DNA of 64,000 bases from an uncultured virus (IMG/VR IMGVR_UViG_2831345111_000004) (Duplodnaviria > Heunggongvirae > Uroviricota > Caudoviricetes): the IMG/VR virus record IMGVR_UViG_2831345111_000004; one strand, written 5' to 3'. Below are positions 58,726 to 64,000 of the stretch, piece by piece (within the stretch, counting starts at the first letter, position 1; every line of letters begins with the position of its first letter). Below the pieces are notes generated by a model. The model saw only the letters and a program-made list of their open reading frames with translations, ran no database searches and had not been told where the DNA came from. The position numbers and the translations under genes are program-made.

Positions 58726-59445
58726 TTAGAAGCTGTAACCAACGTTGACACGTGCTTCGTGGTTGCGGTCCTGCGCCTTGTCGGCGGCATCGTGACCGTC
58801 AACCTGATAGGCCACGCCTACGGAGAAGTTGTCGTTCACCTTGTAGCCGGCACGCAGTTGCGCCAGGGACACGCCGTTATGAGCGGCATCGTTGTCATAC
58901 CAGTAGTAACCAACGTCGCCGCCGAGGCTGAACTTGTCGATGTTGTAGGTGTAACCCAGGCTTGCATAGGTGTCGCCATGCGCGAATGCAGCCGGGCTGT
59001 TCTTGGCACCACCGATGTTGCGATAGACAGCGCCTTCGATGCCGTTCCAGCCCGCGTGAGCATAGACTTCATTGAAAGTCATATCAGCAGCACTGTTCGG
59101 GCCATTGAATTGATAACGGGTGACGCCGCCGCCCAGCTTGATGCCAGGGCCGACTTCGGTGTTATAGCCGACGGTGATGTTAGACAGATATTGGTGAACA
59201 CCATTGATGCCGCTGACGTTGACGGTATTTTCGTCCAGGGACGCAAACAGGCCGGTCTCATGGGTGGCGGTCACATTGAAACCGAGAGTCGGATTATTGC
59301 CAGACAGGGACATACCTCGGAAATTGTAGTCAGTCGCAGCATGCACATCACCGGTCAGCTTCACACCAGGCACAACGTCAGCATGGGCAACACCAGCCAT
59401 ACTCATTACAGCCATAGCGGCCAATGCAAACTTAGAAAACTTCAT
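58726..59445 (-). CDS. TorF-family outer-membrane beta-barrel protein
   Basis: Signal peptide, TDYNFRGMS, C-terminal VGYSF. Confidence 0.88.
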   Translation of the reverse strand: MKFSKFALAAMAVMSMAGVAHADVVPGVKLTGDVHAATDYNFRGMSLSGNNPTLGFNVTATHETGLFASLDENTVNVSGINGVHQYLSNITVGYNTEVGPGIKLGGGVTRYQFNGPNSAADMTFNEVYAHAGWNGIEGAVYRNIGGAKNSPAAFAHGDTYASLGYTYNIDKFSLGGDVGYYWYDNDAAHNGVSLAQLRAGYKVNDNFSVGVAYQVDGHDAADKAQDRNHEARVNVGYSF

Positions 59446-59595
59446 TCGATACTCCATTTTTGATTTAGATTTTTGAACAAGGCCAGACAAGGCCTCTTAT
59501 GGGCGTATAAGCAAATCACCTCCGGCCGGAGACAAGCTGGAGGCCTTTTAGAGCCTCCAGCGGTCGGGGATGTCGCTTTTACGCAACAAGCTTCG

Positions 59596-59877
59596 TTACA
59601 GCATCGCCTTCACTGCCGGGGATACGGTCAGCTTCAGAACACGGCGGGCCGGTACGACAATGCGTTCGTTGGTGATGGGGTTACGGGCAACGCCCGCTGC
59701 ACGATTGCGCGCTTCCAACGTACCAAACTTATGCAGGCGAACTTGCTTGCCCTGGGCGAGCTCAGCGGTCACCTTGTCGAAAATAAAGCGCGTCAGATTG
59801 GCGCCATCTTGACGGGTCAGACCGAATTCAGCCGCAACTGCATTCGAAAGGTCTTTCATGTTGAAAGTATCAGCCAT
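59596..59877 (-). CDS. HU/IHF-family DNA-binding protein
   Basis: VRLHKFGTLE...RNPITNE.I.VPAR. Confidence 0.93.
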   Translation of the reverse strand: MADTFNMKDLSNAVAAEFGLTRQDGANLTRFIFDKVTAELAQGKQVRLHKFGTLEARNRAAGVARNPITNERIVVPARRVLKLTVSPAVKAML

Positions 59878-59948
59878 TTACTATAGTCTCCAAGAGGGTT
59901 GAAAATCGCACCACGGAATGATGGGTGCTTCATCGATTGGTGATTTTT

Positions 59949-59977
59949 AGTATAGCGTAATATGCACAAAACTGCAA
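59949..59977 (-). promoter_or_regulatory. sigma70-type promoter
   Basis: TTGCAG-17-TATACT. Confidence 0.65.
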
Positions 59978-60079
59978 GTTTAAAGCGATGTTTTCGTCTT
60001 TCGACTTCTTTTTGGTGTTAACTTTCGGTCAAGTCTGGTCGCCTATAGCTAAATCGCGGGCTGTTAACATCCCGCTTAT

Positions 60080-60736
60080 TCAAGCATCTTCTTTGATGTC
60101 GTAGGCGGGATTGGCTGCAACGCGATTGAATAACTTCTTAAGCCTCGTCACGGAGCGCTGATAGTCCTCTTTATTCTCGGAACCGTTGTATCGCATGATG
60201 GCGCGAGGCTCGTTACCGCCTTCTAGCGTCAGGTATTCCCGGACCACCTTGGCGCCGATTTCGATGTTTTCCGTCACGGTTGTCGGGTGAACCACGCCTC
60301 CGCTGAACTTATCCCGGTGGTATCGTCCGATGACCTGCATGATGCCATAGGTGTTGTTGGGGTCCGCATCCTGGCGGTGCCTGAAAGAGGATTCCCTGGC
60401 TGCAATTGCGAGGAGTGTTGTCGGCTCTAGGTGATACTTTTCTGCTGCATGGAAGGCGGCTCCCACAACGGTTTTAGCGTACCCCAACCCAAGCCCCCAC
60501 CGAACGGCAATAAATCTTGCCATTCGATTCCGCTGCGCCGTGACCTGGATGGCCGGGTCTATCGGTTGAGGGGTGCTATGTTGGATTGGATGAAGCGCAA
60601 GAGACAACGGCTTCGAGGCAGAGCTGACCACTTCTGGTGGCGGATTGATGGACGGGCAGGCCAGCAGGGCTGCTAGCAGCCCTGTCAGCGTTACAATCCG
60701 TTTAAGTGAAATATGTCCTGATACTGCCGCCCTCAA
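60080..60736 (-). CDS. Lytic transglycosylase (SLT domain)
   Basis: AIAARESSF, YGIMQV, NIEIGA, RYNG. Confidence 0.9.
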   Translation of the reverse strand: MRAAVSGHISLKRIVTLTGLLAALLACPSINPPPEVVSSASKPLSLALHPIQHSTPQPIDPAIQVTAQRNRMARFIAVRWGLGLGYAKTVVGAAFHAAEKYHLEPTTLLAIAARESSFRHRQDADPNNTYGIMQVIGRYHRDKFSGGVVHPTTVTENIEIGAKVVREYLTLEGGNEPRAIMRYNGSENKEDYQRSVTRLKKLFNRVAANPAYDIKEDA

Positions 60737-62775
60737 GCGGCTAACCTGTCTCCCGCCTTGACCAGAGCAACATTGAGCTCAGGATAGGCTGGGCGCTCGC
60801 GAACAACACGCGTCCAGGATACCTGCATAGGATAACCTTCTTCTAACGGGACCACTTGGCCATTACGACCCGGGCCATACCATGTGGATTCTTCTAGCTT
60901 GAAGCCATTTGCACGTAGGCTTCCGGCCGGCAACCATGCTGCACACTGCCACCCTTGAATAACGACTCGCAAACCACGGGGCGTGATGCGTACCACCCGT
61001 GCCTTTAAAGAGGTAGCCGTCGGCACTTCAGCCGTGAAGTTTTGCAACTTGAGGCCATCCCATACGCCACGCTCCGCCAAGCGCGCGGCTTGAGACCGCT
61101 CAGAGCACTTCGCGACACGTCGCTCGAGGTCCGTCATCTCAGCGGCATTGAGTTCATATCCCGCAGGCGCCAGCAGCAATCGGTGAACCAGGAGGTCGGC
61201 ATATCGACGGATGGGGCTTGTGAAATGAGTGTACCAATCAAAGGACAACGAGAAGTGGCCGCCAGCCTGCTCACGGTCCAGCACGACATACTTTGCCGGA
61301 CGCATACAGGAGCGAATGCGATGAGACGCAGCAGCCAGGCTATCCGCATCGGGTTGTGCTGCCAGGAATCCAGCCAGGGACTTCATGCTAGGCGCGTCTG
61401 GCAACTCGACGTCTTGAGTCAGCGCCCAGGTGCGCAAATCATGCCAGTCCTCCGCCTCCGGCGCAGGCTGGTGACGCAGCACCGCGGCGCCGTAGCGGTC
61501 GAGCAACATTTCAGCCGTCACCCGGTTGGCCAGCAACATCAATTCCTCGACCAGCTTGTGCGCCTCGGTACGGGATTCCCATACCAGCTTCCAGCCGCCA
61601 TCCGGCAGCTTTTCCAGATTCGGCTCTGGCTCATCAAAGTCCAGCTTGCCAGCCTCGTCGCGTTGCTTGAGCAGCACACGGTAGACATCGACCAGCGCAT
61701 CGAGATTCTTTTCCACCGGAGCGGCAAAACGCTGCCCTTCGTCCGCCATGTAGGACGCGACTTCGTTGTAGGTGAGTCGTGCGGCAGATTGGATGAGGGC
61801 ACGCTCAATGCGAGCCTCGCTCACCTCTCCCGCCTCTGACAGCTTACATTGCAGGATTACCGCGCGTTTGACATCTCCGGGAGTCAGGGAACACCGGTCC
61901 GTTGACAGCGCCTCAGGCAGCATTGGCACGGTACGGCCTGGCAGATACACTGAAGTGCATCGTTCCGCCGCCCAAGCATCGAGCGCGCTACCCGGTCGGA
62001 CATAATAGGAAACATCTGCGATAGCGACGCGCACATCCCAGCCACCTTCAATAGCCTCGGCATACACCGCGTCATCAAAGTCACGAGTGCTTTCACCGTC
62101 AATCGTGACGAACGGAAGGTCGCAATGGCCTATAGGCTCGCCGCCAGCCTCCGCCTGAAGCGCTTCAGCTTCCGCCATGACACTTTCCGTGAAAGTCGAC
62201 TGGAAACCATGCTTAACAAGTGCGTAATCCTGGGCGAAGCCATCGCGATTGCGGTCACCTAGGACTCGTTCGATTTCCACTTCAAGAGGGCGTGACACAG
62301 GCTGGCCTTCATACGCAGAAATTTCTACAGCCACTACATCACCATCATCGACGCCATGGGCGCGCACATCGTGCTCTTGGAGGAATAATCGGGTGAAGCA
62401 CGGCTCGTCAGACCGAAGGTACCAGGCTCCATCCGCTTCCTTCTTCACCTCACCCAGCAGCAGGAAGGCCTCACGACGCACTGACACGACAGCCTTAACT
62501 TCTCGGCCATCAGCTTCAGGATTAACCGGGGCAGGCACAAATCGAATTTCATCGCCAGAGAGCAACGGGCGCACGAGGTCGGAGGGGATGTAAAAGGCGT
62601 CACCTTCTGCGGTGGTCACAAAACCGAATCCACGGTAATGCAAGTTGACCCGGCCTTTAGGTAATTCCGTTTTTTTGGAGGGCATCTCTTGTGGGCGGGC
62701 CCCTGGGACTAAGGCTACTGCCTTAGAAATGAGCTGCTCAACAACAGGGCAGCTATCAAATTTACGACGAATCAT
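60733..62775 (-). CDS. RNase R/RNase II-family (RNB) exoribonuclease
   Basis: H..GFGFV (CSD), TIDGESTRDFDDA, TSVYLP, LVEELMLLAN, HFTSPIRRYADL. Confidence 0.95.
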   Translation of the reverse strand: MIRRKFDSCPVVEQLISKAVALVPGARPQEMPSKKTELPKGRVNLHYRGFGFVTTAEGDAFYIPSDLVRPLLSGDEIRFVPAPVNPEADGREVKAVVSVRREAFLLLGEVKKEADGAWYLRSDEPCFTRLFLQEHDVRAHGVDDGDVVAVEISAYEGQPVSRPLEVEIERVLGDRNRDGFAQDYALVKHGFQSTFTESVMAEAEALQAEAGGEPIGHCDLPFVTIDGESTRDFDDAVYAEAIEGGWDVRVAIADVSYYVRPGSALDAWAAERCTSVYLPGRTVPMLPEALSTDRCSLTPGDVKRAVILQCKLSEAGEVSEARIERALIQSAARLTYNEVASYMADEGQRFAAPVEKNLDALVDVYRVLLKQRDEAGKLDFDEPEPNLEKLPDGGWKLVWESRTEAHKLVEELMLLANRVTAEMLLDRYGAAVLRHQPAPEAEDWHDLRTWALTQDVELPDAPSMKSLAGFLAAQPDADSLAAASHRIRSCMRPAKYVVLDREQAGGHFSLSFDWYTHFTSPIRRYADLLVHRLLLAPAGYELNAAEMTDLERRVAKCSERSQAARLAERGVWDGLKLQNFTAEVPTATSLKARVVRITPRGLRVVIQGWQCAAWLPAGSLRANGFKLEESTWYGPGRNGQVVPLEEGYPMQVSWTRVVRERPAYPELNVALVKAGDRLAA

Positions 62776-62785
62776 TAATAAAATC

Positions 62786-63235
62786 CTATTCTTCTTTGGG
62801 CAAGCGCAGCAGCAATCGCATGTACGCTAGAAAGCACCATGTATTCATAAAGAAATCGACCTCATGGCCACCATGACCGCCAAGAGCCATCATCAGCAGG
62901 AAAAGCGACTGGATGCCAATACCAATAAGCAGGTAGCCGGAAAATGCCCTTAGCTTTTTCACGTAGCCCAATAGCGTACGGAGAATAAACAGGGGAATAA
63001 GCTCAACGACAACCCCAACAAGGGATACCTCGCCATGGTCGGCCCAGAAGGTCAGTTGCGACATGAAAAGATAAATACCGAGGAGTATCCAGATATAGCG
63101 ACTGTTCGACGCTGGCAATCCCGTGCCATCATGCCTCAGGGTGAGCAACCGACTGATGTGATACATCAAGGCAGACACAAACAATACAGGCAAGCTATCA
63201 GATACAGAACGCATATAACTTGGAAAATCTTTCAT
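62786..63235 (-). CDS. Membrane protein
   Basis: Several hydrophobic segments. Confidence 0.75.
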   Translation of the reverse strand: MKDFPSYMRSVSDSLPVLFVSALMYHISRLLTLRHDGTGLPASNSRYIWILLGIYLFMSQLTFWADHGEVSLVGVVVELIPLFILRTLLGYVKKLRAFSGYLLIGIGIQSLFLLMMALGGHGGHEVDFFMNTWCFLAYMRLLLRLPKEE

Positions 63236-63288
63236 ATCTAGTATACGGTTAATTTTCGTTTGTTAACTTTTGGTCTTGTTAAGTTGGG

Positions 63289-63912
63289 TTACGCCCACCA
63301 GGCATCCCGCTGCACATTGGAGTCCCACACATTCAACTCCACATGAACGCCCGCGACATCGAACCCAGATGTCTTCAAGACCTCGGTAAGTCGAGAAATA
63401 CGCTCACGCGCGGCATTGGCGGCGCCAGTTCGAACACGAATATTGGCAAACTGCGCGACCACGCCTGCTTTCCGCTCGCGCGGATTACTGGAGAGGCGAA
63501 AGTCATATTGCACTCCTAGCTGCGCTAGCTTTTCACGCTCCTGAAGGAACAATCCCTCCGGAATTTGGCATTTGATATGGGCCTCCAGATAGTTCAGCGG
63601 CGTCAATTCGCAATCAAACTGACCCATGAATTCCAATTTAGCCCGTATCACAGGCACCCCTGAGGCCTCTGCCATCCTGCCGACATCCCGCTTTACAGCC
63701 TGCAAGATACTTTCCCTCACCTCAAGGCCGCCGCGGTAATAGCGCGTCAACATAACATCACGCTGACGGGCCGTATCTCGTTCGAGGTCTATCAACGTGA
63801 CTTTGGTTCCAGAGGGAAGGTCCTCAAGGTTTGCTACTGCGCCATCTTGGAGCGTAAAATGAGCATGAAAGACACCGGCGCAATTCGCCGCCGGCGTAGG
63901 TTGGAGTTGCAT
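63289..63912 (-). CDS. Hypothetical protein
   Basis: FHAHFT...YLEAHIK...DSN...D..W; GAGG RBS. Confidence 0.8.
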   Translation of the reverse strand: MQLQPTPAANCAGVFHAHFTLQDGAVANLEDLPSGTKVTLIDLERDTARQRDVMLTRYYRGGLEVRESILQAVKRDVGRMAEASGVPVIRAKLEFMGQFDCELTPLNYLEAHIKCQIPEGLFLQEREKLAQLGVQYDFRLSSNPRERKAGVVAQFANIRVRTGAANAARERISRLTEVLKTSGFDVAGVHVELNVWDSNVQRDAWWA

Positions 63913-63938
63913 AGCGATTCCTCAGGAGAAGAATCGCT

Positions 63939-63967
63939 AGTATACCGTTTAATGCTTGTTTTTGCAA
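63939..63967 (-). promoter_or_regulatory. sigma70-type promoter
   Basis: TTGCAA-17-TATACT. Confidence 0.7.
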
Positions 63968-64000
63968 GTTTTACGCTACGGCATCGGCTTTACAGTCAAG

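Overview
This 64-kb window has no rRNA, tRNA, CRISPR array, IS element or phage structural genes. It reads as the cargo region of a very large extrachromosomal element (megaplasmid or phage-plasmid, probably from a betaproteobacterial host; inference). It carries stand-alone copies of housekeeping-type genes (NAD-dependent ligase, UvrD, RecD2, RuvB without RuvA/C, ClpX without ClpP, HU, RNase R-like) mixed with many jumbo-phage-like hypotheticals, and many transcription units start from a near-consensus sigma70 promoter. Main points: (1) An NAD/ADP-ribose circuit: a PRS-like + NAMPT-like pair (NARP1 Adps/Namat architecture), NADAR and NrtR. Three matching 21-bp NrtR-type operators sit on or next to the prs and NADAR promoters, and the nrtR leader folds into a candidate multi-stem RNA. 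(2) A putative ADP-ribosyltransferase-like effector with a T4SS-like tail, divergent from an ADP-ribosylglycohydrolase. (3) A second, strand-oriented upstream motif (CTATAC) at 13 genes, mostly about 30-45 nt before the start. (4) A collapsed T1SS/RTX-lipase island whose two deletion junctions both contain GGTAA. (5) A ClpX module: ClpX, a stand-alone ClpX zinc finger and many proteins ending in -AA. (6) Several pseudo-enzymes: a His-less kinase, a Tyr-less recombinase beside a 19-bp inverted repeat, and an HD-less hydrolase. All assignments come from reading motifs by eye; no database searches were run.
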